Notes under the pieces: model-generated
What the model saw: only the letters and a program-made list of their open reading frames with translations
Database searches by the model: none
Told to the model about the DNA's origin: nothing
Made by a program: the position numbers and the translations under genes
Assembly (NCBI GenBank): GCA_000146045.2
Contig: BK006939.2
Coordinates: 1-64,000, forward strand
Direction: 5' to 3'
Length of the DNA stretch: 64,000 bases
From: TPA_inf: Saccharomyces
Lineage: Eukaryota
Part shown: positions 10,501 to 21,536 of the stretch, piece by piece
How positions within the stretch are numbered: position 1 is the first letter of the stretch
Layout: each line of letters opens with the position of its first letter

Positions 10501-13500
10501 AGTATTCGCTAATAGTGGAAAGAAATGGTTATATAAAGATGGAAATATCTTGAAAGAGACAGTTTAACCCGAAGTTCTGTCAAAGTGTTTGATTTGAATT
10601 GAATAGTATCACAGAATGCGTTAGCTATGTACAAAGAATCTATCGGCAAGTATGGGGTAGCAAGCTGCTTAAAGCTTCTTATCACACTGTAACCTCTGTT
10701 AAAGCAGCTGCGTTGTTCTTGCACTCTGCACGTAAATGACGACGGCCAATGTAAAAATAGCAGTCACTGCAGGCCTCTTGGATTGTACCCGTAATTACAG
10801 CAATTGCCATTAGATTTACGAAGTCATTTAATTAAATGGTTTGATTTATCTCCTTAAATGCTTCCAGAAATGGGACTAGACTTTTTTCACTCAAACCTGT
10901 TCACAATTATTGCTCTTTTTCAATTATAAGGTAAACAAGGCCATCTATCAGCAACACAGTGCTCGCATTTTTTAATTAAACTATATAAAACCAACTATTT
11001 GTGGTTGCGACTTCACTTTTTGTTGAATTACTACCCAATCATTAATATTGAAGATGTGAGATCATAGATTTATTGGCTTTGGGCATCTCAAATCCCAAGA
11101 GGTCATTTTAACCAACAACATTTTAAAAAGTAGATTTGTCTGCCTCAGCTATGAGATGCGCATGTCCCTAGCATCTCATATCTGGTTATATTATTTTTTC
11201 CACTTGGTGAATGTTGAAAAAAACACCACTCGTCCAATTTATCAGTTTGCAGGTCTAATGTCCTTCCCTGTTATTTAAACTGTATATTGTAAGCATGTCT
11301 TATCGAAACAACTTACTCAGTTGTCCGAAAACAAAACTGCAAATTCTGTGTGTATTCACGTACTAGAATCCTGTCAAATTGGATCTTGATTTAAGCTTTT
11401 ATAGCAACGAACTTTGCATACTAAGTTTTTTTTGTTAACCGGAACTGCCAAGAAGCATTCAGTAAAATACATCTTCATCATTTACTGATAATACTCATTC
11501 AGACTCATATCATACTATTTCGAATTCATTATACATCCTCAAAAACCATATTCTTCAGTTGTAATAAAAGATAGAGCCTGCATTTGATTCGATTTCCGTA
11601 ATTTGGGGGGCCAAGTCCTAGGTTGACTTCATCTTGGATGTCTATCGCGATGCATTTAGTGTGGCATAGAATTTCTCTCTTCACGAGCAGGGAAGGAATT
11701 GTATTATATTATTTGGTAATCGCCTAGTCACAGTCATTTAGAAGAAACTTAGCATCATTATTCCAGCATCATGCACCAGAACAGGAAAATGCCATTTCTA
11801 AAAGTATTCTCATAGCCATTAAACGATTCAATACTTTTTTGGTAGCTAAGTCAATGCCTCTCTGAATATTGTATACTATATGAATAAAGTGATCCCATAA
11901 TCAGACTACCCAGCACTTAGTAGCGCATTTTAGAACTAAATATATATTGCCTTTTTAATACTGTAACTTGAGAATTCTTAATAAGGAACAACAATGGTCC
12001 AGAAGGTGTTCGGTAGAAAGATAGAAAATTTTAAACCATACACTATCAAGCAATATTATACTTGTTCTTTAATCAAGAGGGGATTGTACTTTTATTTGAT
12101 TTGAGGCCGGGTATCTTGATTTCACTTATGTTATACTGTCTCTTAGTTGATAAATTCAATGTTACATTTGCTATCTCATTTTCAGGTCAGCAGCTATATT
12201 GACCTTGCTTACATTCAGCGCGTGTGAGGCACTACCTTTAAAACTCTTGTGCTCCTTATTCACCATAGTCTGTTATCCGTTTGTTCTTACGGAGGAAACT
12301 GCAATTGATCATTTATGAATCTTTTAGTGAAATTTAGACACTATTAAAATTTAATAATAGGCAAAGTACGTCAATTATCATTCTTGGTTCCTGAAAAGTT
12401 GAATCTGTTATGAAGTCTGATATTTGGGGTTAGCATTGTATACTTCCCTTGAGTAATGCATTATCCGTAACGCCACTTTTACCATATTCAAGTGCAGGTA
12501 TATTTAGCATTTTTTACATATAATATACTGACCTCCGAAGCTAGGTGAGAGAAAGCAAAGGTTTTGAGGGCTATTTTCACCATTGGAACTAAGATCGTAC
12601 ACACTAATTAACTCTCTGCCGGAGGCGCGCGATATATGGGCTGGAGCGGTCCTGACTAAAGTCCTGCTGGAATATTGGTGAAGTGTCTCAAAAAACTAGT
12701 AAGGTCAATATCAGGGAAGGAACTATTATTGGCCGAGGCGGCAGCTAGGTTAAAGAATCTAGCCGTCAATGCAACGAAGGTTATCAAGTACATTCAGTTG
12801 GATACATTAAAAAAGTTGAATACAATATCAATTCTAGAAGATTGTAGCAAGTTTGGTGAGATAGTTTACGCCTATAATATATAAGTGCTAACTCAATGTT
12901 CAGTTAGTAGAATCACAGCCTGAATATTCTGTGCATCGTTTACTCAGGGACAGATGCGATCTCAATGCAGGGACGAAAAACAGTCTTATATGCGCACGCC
13001 AGCAAAATCTTTTTTTGCGGCACCTAAGATCTCTCGCATGATAAAAGCATAATATCTTTGCCCCACAAAGTCAAGGCGTATTGGAAAAGCTACTTTAGTT
13101 AATAATGAAATGATCGCCCATCCGGGTAAAAATGGTTACAATTCCAGTGTTGATTATTGTTCGTTTTTCAGAGAGAATAATTTAGATGCTCCTATTGAAG
13201 AATATCTTGTTAGCGCATAGGGCAATCATCTACGACTTTAACCGCAACTGCGTCTGTTACCGACATTGGAGGATTGTATGCTCAAATGACCCCTGTGGTG
13301 AAGATGAACACTTCTTGCACACTATGGTTGAATCTTGACGGTACCCTCACTCAGAGTTTTATAGTATCACACGACGCTACTCTCCCGCTTGTACATTCAT
13401 TCTGGCTAGTTTATAATAACGTTAAGGAAATGACACCCATACCTCTCAGAAATCCAATTGGAAATAATATTTGTAAAAGCACGTGATATTGCCTTTTTCT

Positions 13501-13719
13501 TTTATCTGGTTACCAATATGGGATCAATAACTTTACTTTTGAAGATCTTGTTTTTCCTTCAGATAAGAAATCAAAAAAAGAATATATGCACAAAACAGTA
13601 TGGATATAATACACCTTACTCTTGGTCGTGATTGAAAACGTAAGGTTCTACATAAATTATTGAGAAAGACTTATTTGAAGATATCGAGAGTCTATCATGC
13701 CCTTTGCACAACAAAACTA

Positions 13720-14415
13720 ATGTCAGCTTGCCCTTGCAACATCGTTATACTCCCAGTCGAGATTTTGAAGAATTCATCTAAAGATACTAAGTATAGCTTG
13801 TATACAACAATTAATCGAGGATATGATGTCCCAAGACTCAAATATGGCATCATAGTTAGCCCTCGAGTGCACAGCCTTGAGACTTTATTCAGTGATCTGG
13901 GCTTTGACAAGAATATAGAGAAATCCTCGCTTTACTTATTATTAAATGATCCTACCTTAGCATACCCTAATTTCCATGAACATTTTGAACAGCTTAAAGG
14001 TGAAACAAACAAAGATTTATCTCTACCGACATATTATATTCCGAAGGTCCAGTTTTTGACAGAGGCATTCGATTCAGAACATACCCTAGCAACCATCGGC
14101 TACAAACCAAATAATAAGGAGAGTTATGAGATCACAGGTTTTACATCCATGGGTAATGGTTATGGTATAAAACTATTCAATTACAGTGTAATTCATATGA
14201 TGCGGTCTCATAAGTGTAAAAGAGTGGTTGCAGATATTATCATGGAGCATGACCTATTGGGTTACTATGAAAAGAAGCTTGGCTTTGTAGAGGTGCAAAG
14301 GTTCAAAGTTCTCAAAGAACAGCACCAAGTAAAGGTATTTGACGATAAAGTTGACTTTACCAAAGACTTTCATGTGATCAAAATGATTAAAGAGTTGGGA
14401 AATCATAGATTGTAG
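13720..14415 (+). CDS. RMD6: RMD6-like protein (231 aa from the first ATG).
   Basis: The 251-aa ORF reaches the known size from an internal Met (MSACPCNIV...). It is an isolated gene in the AT-rich subtelomeric region. Confidence 0.6.
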   Translation: MSACPCNIVILPVEILKNSSKDTKYSLYTTINRGYDVPRLKYGIIVSPRVHSLETLFSDLGFDKNIEKSSLYLLLNDPTLAYPNFHEHFEQLKGETNKDLSLPTYYIPKVQFLTEAFDSEHTLATIGYKPNNKESYEITGFTSMGNGYGIKLFNYSVIHMMRSHKCKRVVADIIMEHDLLGYYEKKLGFVEVQRFKVLKEQHQVKVFDDKVDFTKDFHVIKMIKELGNHRL

Positions 14416-16354
14416 TGGTATAGTCCCGTACACACTCTATTTGAATAAACTGTAGGTTCTGCTGAGCAACATATTGATATAAACAGTAAAAAGAAGTGGG
14501 TTCCTTGTTTTCCTGCAATTATAACTAACCGTGCTTACTACCAAAAAAAAAGTGCGTATAAATATTCACTATTTACAATGTTGAAGGTTCCAGATGGATA
14601 CAGAATAGGAATCCTAAATATAAACACTATATTTATTTATTTTTTTCGAATAAAAGTCATGTTAGCAATATTTATATAGTTGATTTTCCTGCATTTATTA
14701 TATAATTGGCGGCATAGTAACATCAAAAAAAAAAAAAAAAACATTCAAATTGCACTACTTATAGCAGTAGCATCTATAAAAGTTTTATGATATAAACCTT
14801 TACAGTTATCTCAAATGGTTTTGGGATTGTCCATCAAATCAAGCGTGATTCATCTATACGTTATTATTCTCCTACAACCCCCTTAGTTTGGAGAGCGCTT
14901 AGAGAAATAAAGCATCGATGTTTTCTTACCTTCACTAAAATCAAAATAAAAAAGCTTTTCTATAGTTCACGAATTACGCAATTTATTCTATCATCCTTAA
15001 AGTTGATCAATTGCGATTTTAACACACATTTTCAAATGTCATTTTGCGCTTGTATAATAGGTGCCATCTGGACACTTTATAAAAAATAAAGGAAAAGTAA
15101 AATATAATGCTGAAAATATAGTTGCCTTAAAATGCCATTGATATGATTTTTTTTTAACCTTAAATCTATTGGCCTATAATATTCGCGGCAAAATGAGCAT
15201 TTGAAAATCAGTAATAGAATGCTATCAAACTTCGTTCATGACCTTTTTAGCATCATAAGTGTTGAATCGAATCTATCAGTTCAGTAATTAAAAATACTAT
15301 TTTTCTGTCAGCACAGAACGTAACGACTTTTCCTTATATCCACTATTGATTTCTCTTTAAAGTGCTATGTAAAGTACCTAAAAAACTTGTTATAGAAGTC
15401 TCATTCGAAAGCATGTGGGCTCAAAAATTGTGAATAAGATACATAGAAGGAGCCGCTGATCGACACATAATAGTAGAGTTGAACCTAGTTGGTTCAACCA
15501 TTATCATAGTTATACGAATAAAGCCACAATATAAATGGCCAACCGCTGTTGTCAAACAAGACTATAGGTTCATTTTAACCTGGCGTGCAGTACGCTGGTC
15601 TTGCTAACGCCTCTACAATACGTACAGTGCAGGTTTTGACGAATGAAAGTGGTTAGAAGATTAATGTGATAGAAACAAGAATTTTCTCGCAAAGATCTGT
15701 ATGAAAGGAAACGTTTGGTAAGAACTCTGCGATCCAAATTCTACTGAATGAATAGAAGGCTTCTACAGAACAAGTTGTATCGAAATGATTGTTGGCGACT
15801 ACTATATTTCTATAGGCATGAAAGTTACTCATAAACAGGAAAGACGCATTTTAGTAGCTTGACCTGGTCAGATTAATCAGCTTCCAACGTTACTTCCCTT
15901 TCGCAAGAATCTACCCAAAATGTCTCGAGCATCTTGATAATTACAGTATCGTTCGTCCCGACTTGGCATTTGTTTAAATTTCTAAGATGCTTCCTATAGG
16001 AACATAATTGTCAAGAAAGCACAACAAATTGTCTGCAATGTCAACAGGAGTGGCGCATTTTATGTTTTTTCATTTTTTTTTTTTTGTGCGTGATCATTAA
16101 GCGGGATATTGTCCACAGTCATCTAAAAGAATGACCATTTCGACGACTTAGTTCGGAAAATATTTCCAGCGGATGACACCACTTGCCACAGTTGGTGACC
16201 GCCAAATCTAAGTCACGCGCGGAAACTGAAAGGTTGTGAGTATATAAGTGATCACTCGCTTATATAACTGACGAGGCAGAACAGGGTGCCAAAATGCTCC
16301 TCAATATTTTATTCATTTGAGATTCAAGGCTTAAAGACAGCATATATAAGAATT

Positions 16355-17845
16355 ATGACGGCCGCACATCCTGTTGCTCAGTTAACTGCCGAGGCATACC
16401 CTAAAGTCAAGAGAAACCCAAATTTCAAAGTTCTCGACTCGGAAGATTTGGCGTACTTTCGTTCGATTTTGTCAAATGATGAAATCTTAAACTCTCAAGC
16501 TCCAGAAGAGCTTGCTTCGTTTAACCAGGACTGGATGAAAAAATATAGAGGCCAGTCCAATTTAATTCTCTTGCCAAACTCCACTGATAAAGTGTCCAAG
16601 ATTATGAAATACTGTAACGATAAAAAGTTGGCAGTAGTACCACAAGGTGGTAACACCGACTTGGTCGGAGCCTCTGTTCCGGTATTTGATGAGATTGTTC
16701 TTTCTCTAAGAAATATGAACAAAGTCAGAGATTTTGATCCAGTTAGCGGGACTTTCAAGTGTGACGCGGGTGTCGTTATGCGTGATGCGCATCAATTTTT
16801 ACACGACCATGACCATATCTTCCCATTGGATCTGCCTTCTAGAAACAACTGTCAAGTGGGCGGTGTAGTTTCAACAAATGCAGGTGGTTTGAACTTTTTA
16901 AGATATGGGTCTCTACACGGTAATGTTTTGGGTTTGGAAGTGGTGCTACCCAACGGTGAGATTATCAGCAATATCAATGCCCTAAGGAAGGACAATACTG
17001 GTTATGACTTGAAACAATTATTCATCGGTGCAGAGGGTACTATCGGTGTCGTTACTGGTGTATCCATAGTTGCAGCAGCAAAGCCAAAAGCCTTGAATGC
17101 CGTATTTTTTGGTATTGAGAATTTCGATACCGTTCAGAAATTATTTGTCAAGGCTAAAAGTGAATTATCTGAGATTTTATCTGCTTTTGAATTCATGGAC
17201 CGTGGCTCCATTGAATGTACGATAGAATACTTGAAGGACTTGCCTTTCCCTCTGGAGAACCAACACAACTTTTATGTTCTTATTGAAACGTCAGGGTCCA
17301 ATAAGAGACACGACGATGAGAAGCTGACTGCTTTCCTCAAAGATACCACAGATTCTAAATTAATTTCGGAGGGTATGATGGCTAAGGACAAAGCCGATTT
17401 TGATAGACTTTGGACCTGGAGAAAATCTGTTCCAACAGCTTGTAATTCTTACGGTGGTATGTACAAGTATGACATGTCACTTCAATTGAAAGATTTATAT
17501 TCCGTATCTGCGGCTGTGACGGAGAGATTAAACGCAGCCGGTTTGATTGGTGATGCACCAAAACCAGTTGTTAAATCATGTGGTTATGGTCATGTCGGTG
17601 ACGGAAACATCCATTTAAATATCGCGGTAAGAGAATTTACAAAACAGATTGAGGACTTACTAGAACCATTTGTTTATGAATATATTGCATCAAAGAAAGG
17701 TTCCATCAGTGCTGAGCATGGGATCGGTTTCCATAAGAAAGGTAAGTTACACTACACCAGAAGTGATATTGAAATTAGATTTATGAAGGATATCAAAAAT
17801 CACTACGATCCAAATGGAATCTTAAACCCATACAAGTACATTTGA
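16355..17845 (+). CDS. DLD3: FAD-dependent D-lactate / D-2-hydroxyglutarate dehydrogenase (496 aa).
   Basis: The protein has an FAD-binding oxidase fold ([12 protein letters not shown]...). The ORF-track start at 16286 is GTG. The first ATG, at 16355, gives [17 protein letters not shown] at 16241 and TATATAAC at 16261 lie just upstream. Confidence 0.9.
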   Translation: MTAAHPVAQLTAEAYPKVKRNPNFKVLDSEDLAYFRSILSNDEILNSQAPEELASFNQDWMKKYRGQSNLILLPNSTDKVSKIMKYCNDKKLAVVPQGGNTDLVGASVPVFDEIVLSLRNMNKVRDFDPVSGTFKCDAGVVMRDAHQFLHDHDHIFPLDLPSRNNCQVGGVVSTNAGGLNFLRYGSLHGNVLGLEVVLPNGEIISNINALRKDNTGYDLKQLFIGAEGTIGVVTGVSIVAAAKPKALNAVFFGIENFDTVQKLFVKAKSELSEILSAFEFMDRGSIECTIEYLKDLPFPLENQHNFYVLIETSGSNKRHDDEKLTAFLKDTTDSKLISEGMMAKDKADFDRLWTWRKSVPTACNSYGGMYKYDMSLQLKDLYSVSAAVTERLNAAGLIGDAPKPVVKSCGYGHVGDGNIHLNIAVREFTKQIEDLLEPFVYEYIASKKGSISAEHGIGFHKKGKLHYTRSDIEIRFMKDIKNHYDPNGILNPYKYI

Positions 17846-19588
17846 ACTTTGTTAATTTTTAACTTTCAAAGAGCAAACCCTTTTTCTTTACAGTATTATA
17901 GATTTACATATATGTATTTATCAATTTATTATTGATCAAAATTAATATACCATAAAATATTTATCTTAAGCCGTTGTTCTTGAACGATTTTCGGTGAAGA
18001 AACCTAAGAGACCATTTTTTGTGGAAAAAGGTCTCGTTTTCTATAGATCTGCGACCAGGAATCTCCTGATTGCGTACTTCAAAAAGTGTTCGTCCATTTT
18101 TTCTTTACTACATTAGATAATTATACATAATCCAATTGGAGTAGTGACATGAGTATTGGTATAACCTTAATCCAACAATTTTAAACACGTACTAAAGTGA
18201 TCTGGACTCATTAAAACTCAAATCTCGTCCAGTTTTTTCTTCATTTGTGATCAACATCCAGGGAGACACGGAGATTATAGTAGTAGTTAATAACACTTCG
18301 CAATTACTTATTCAAGTATGTTATTAAATAGTGAAGAGGAATGAGTTTTCAGATCACATGTTATTCTCCAAGAATAATTACATAAGTTGCCATTTCAAAT
18401 GTGCGCAAACTACCTTCTGTATTCTTTGCGCTAATGCCTTACTCAGTCTCCCACTTTTAACGTTTATTTCTTGTAAGAGTCGAAACTAAACCTTAGTTGA
18501 GCTTAAATTCAATCAAGTTCAAGAAGCGTTCTGGCCCACACTTTAAAGCGACTACAATTAGGAAGAGCTCACTAGGACCAACGTATTCAATGTGGATATC
18601 ATGAAAAATTTCATCTCCAAAAAGCCAAAATTCTACTCATAATGACAGTGGTGAGAATTAGCAAGGTAAAATATTGGCATTATGTGGCAGGAGAAGGGAA
18701 ATACGAGAGCGGAGATAAGTTGGATATTAATGAGCTTTAGATGTTGAAAAAAAAAGAAAGCGTTACAATGCTCAATAAAACAATGACTTCCCGGAAAAGA
18801 TTTTTTGATTATTTTATTCCGAGAAAGGCCGATGTATGCTGAACCAACGTGTTGCTTGCCAACTTCAGCATACTTTGTTTGCCACCCTACTAGGAAGTGA
18901 CCCCGAGAACTTTATTTTCTGCACCCATGGGTGCCTAAAACTTATTTTTCTGCAGGGCGTTTGAGAAATAAGGGATATGGCAAAAATCGAAACGTGGGGT
19001 AGTTTCGTGCCTTCTTATGTGCCTATCTTGATTTTTGCCTTTGTGCCTTACTCTCCTTACCCCGCGATACCCCACCGTATATTTACTCTCTCCTTGGCAC
19101 GGACCTAAAAATAACTGTAGAATGAGCTCAACAAACAGGTAACTTTACGTAAACTGTTCTTTTTATCTTTCAGCTCGCCATTTTCTGATGCAGTACATAG
19201 AACTGTGATACGTCATTATATAGACTTTTCGCACACACAACCAATTAAGCTTGCGCATCAGTGGTGGATATATGGACGGATACCTCGTATATTCTGTTGT
19301 TGTCGTGGGAGAGGGCATCGCAAAGTCTAGAAGTAATTAAATTACTTTCAGCGTTTCCAAATGAGTTCGAGAACAATTATATTCTAGGGGGAAGGAGGTT
19401 ACAGCGGTTGCAGACTCATAGTTCCAAATTCCATTTATTTTTTACATATAAATAGCCAACATTTATCATCCAATTGTTAAGATTTTCACTTTGTCTAGAT
19501 CTTTCCCTAGATCTTCAATAAAAATAAATAAAAATAATCAAAGAAAAGGAAAAAGAAAAAGTAACAATTTAAACAAAAAAAAAAAAAT

Positions 19589-21097
19589 ATGACAAAATCA
19601 GACGAAACAACAGCTACCAGCTTGAATGCTAAAACTCTAAAGAGTTTTGAATCAACTCTTCCAATACCAACTTACCCAAGAGAAGGTGTTAAACAAGGTA
19701 TTGTTCATCTGGGAGTCGGTGCATTCCACCGTTCCCATTTAGCTGTTTTCATGCACCGTCTGATGCAGGAGCACCACTTAAAGGACTGGTCCATATGTGG
19801 TGTTGGTTTAATGAAGGCAGATGCACTTATGCGCGATGCCATGAAGGCCCAAGATTGCCTATACACCCTTGTGGAGCGTGGTATCAAGGACACTAACGCT
19901 TATATCGTCGGTTCCATTACTGCTTACATGTACGCTCCCGATGATCCAAGAGCTGTTATTGAAAAGATGGCCAATCCAGACACACACATTGTTTCTTTGA
20001 CGGTCACAGAAAACGGTTACTACCACAGTGAAGCAACAAACTCCTTAATGACAGATGCTCCCGAGATTATCAATGATTTGAACCACCCAGAAAAGCCAGA
20101 TACTCTGTATGGGTACCTATATGAAGCCCTGTTGTTGCGTTACAAGAGAGGTCTTACCCCATTCACTATTATGTCATGTGACAACATGCCCCAAAATGGT
20201 GTCACAGTAAAGACCATGCTTGTTGCATTTGCCAAGTTAAAGAAGGATGAGAAATTCGCCGCCTGGATTGAAGACAAGGTTACTTCTCCTAACAGCATGG
20301 TGGACCGTGTGACCCCACGTTGTACCGATAAAGAGCGTAAATACGTTGCTGACACCTGGGGAATCAAAGATCAATGTCCCGTTGTCGCAGAACCTTTCAT
20401 CCAATGGGTTCTTGAAGACAACTTCTCCGATGGCCGTCCTCCATGGGAACTTGTTGGTGTTCAGGTCGTCAAGGATGTCGATTCCTACGAATTGATGAAG
20501 TTGCGTCTACTTAACGGTGGACATTCTGCTATGGGATATTTGGGATACTTGGCAGGCTACACCTATATACATGAGGTTGTCAACGACCCAACTATCAACA
20601 AGTATATCCGTGTTTTGATGCGTGAGGAAGTTATCCCATTATTGCCTAAAGTGCCAGGTGTTGATTTCGAAGAGTACACTGCATCAGTGTTGGAAAGATT
20701 CTCCAATCCAGCAATTCAGGACACTGTCGCACGTATTTGTTTGATGGGCTCTGGTAAGATGCCTAAGTATGTTTTGCCATCAATTTACGAGCAGTTGCGT
20801 AAACCAGATGGTAAGTACAAGTTGTTGGCAGTATGTGTTGCTGGCTGGTTCCGTTACCTGACTGGTGTAGACATGAATGGGAAGCCATTCGAAATCGAGG
20901 ATCCTATGGCACCAACCTTGAAGGCAGCCGCAGTTAAGGGCGGTAAAGATCCTCACGAACTGCTTAACATTGAGGTGCTTTTCAGTCCTGAGATTCGTGA
21001 CAACAAAGAATTCGTTGCACAATTGACCCACTCCCTAGAAACAGTTTACGATAAAGGGCCAATTGCCGCTATTAAGGAAATTTTAGACCAAGTGTGA
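19589..21097 (+). CDS. DSF1: Mannitol dehydrogenase family oxidoreductase (502 aa).
   Basis: The protein has long-chain mannitol dehydrogenase features (VHLGVGAFHRSH...). It lies convergent with HXT13, as in the subtelomeric mannitol-utilisation gene pair. Confidence 0.9.
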   Translation: MTKSDETTATSLNAKTLKSFESTLPIPTYPREGVKQGIVHLGVGAFHRSHLAVFMHRLMQEHHLKDWSICGVGLMKADALMRDAMKAQDCLYTLVERGIKDTNAYIVGSITAYMYAPDDPRAVIEKMANPDTHIVSLTVTENGYYHSEATNSLMTDAPEIINDLNHPEKPDTLYGYLYEALLLRYKRGLTPFTIMSCDNMPQNGVTVKTMLVAFAKLKKDEKFAAWIEDKVTSPNSMVDRVTPRCTDKERKYVADTWGIKDQCPVVAEPFIQWVLEDNFSDGRPPWELVGVQVVKDVDSYELMKLRLLNGGHSAMGYLGYLAGYTYIHEVVNDPTINKYIRVLMREEVIPLLPKVPGVDFEEYTASVLERFSNPAIQDTVARICLMGSGKMPKYVLPSIYEQLRKPDGKYKLLAVCVAGWFRYLTGVDMNGKPFEIEDPMAPTLKAAAVKGGKDPHELLNIEVLFSPEIRDNKEFVAQLTHSLETVYDKGPIAAIKEILDQV

Positions 21098-21536
21098 TTT
21101 TAAAGGTGAACTGATCTACGCGCCCTCGATAGTAATGACTAAATATCTTGGGTAGAGTATATATAATGTCGTATTTTTGTATATTGTTTTATTTAGACAA
21201 ATAGTAACGTGTTATGTTCCTTCAATCGCATCTTTCATGATCTTTAATCGATCGTCAAATGGATCCATTTAGAGTTTCTCATCACCATCCCCATATCATT
21301 TCACTCCACCCCGCTTTACGTAAAAAAAAAAAAAAAAATTGAATAAATGACTAAGAATTAGACACAATTTTGTCTTAATGAATGCTTTTTACTTATGACA
21401 CATGCCAGTTTGTACATATGTTGATCTTCATAGCTCCGATAATCTTCATAAATTCGTGACAAATTAAAATTACACATTATTATGTAAACTATAATATACA
21501 ATGTTGCCTATCAAGACAAACATATGCACTCTATGA

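Noticed and set aside
16286-16354. N-terminal extensions in the ORF track (DLD3 at 16286, CIN8 at 39684, and by the same logic CAN1, POL5, MAK10, AFG1, NPR2, RMD6 and YEL077C).
   Set aside because: The codons I checked at the track starts are GTG (16286 and 39684), so the ORF finder accepts non-ATG starts. The known protein N-termini begin at the first downstream ATG, and for DLD3 the TATA boxes sit too close to 16286.
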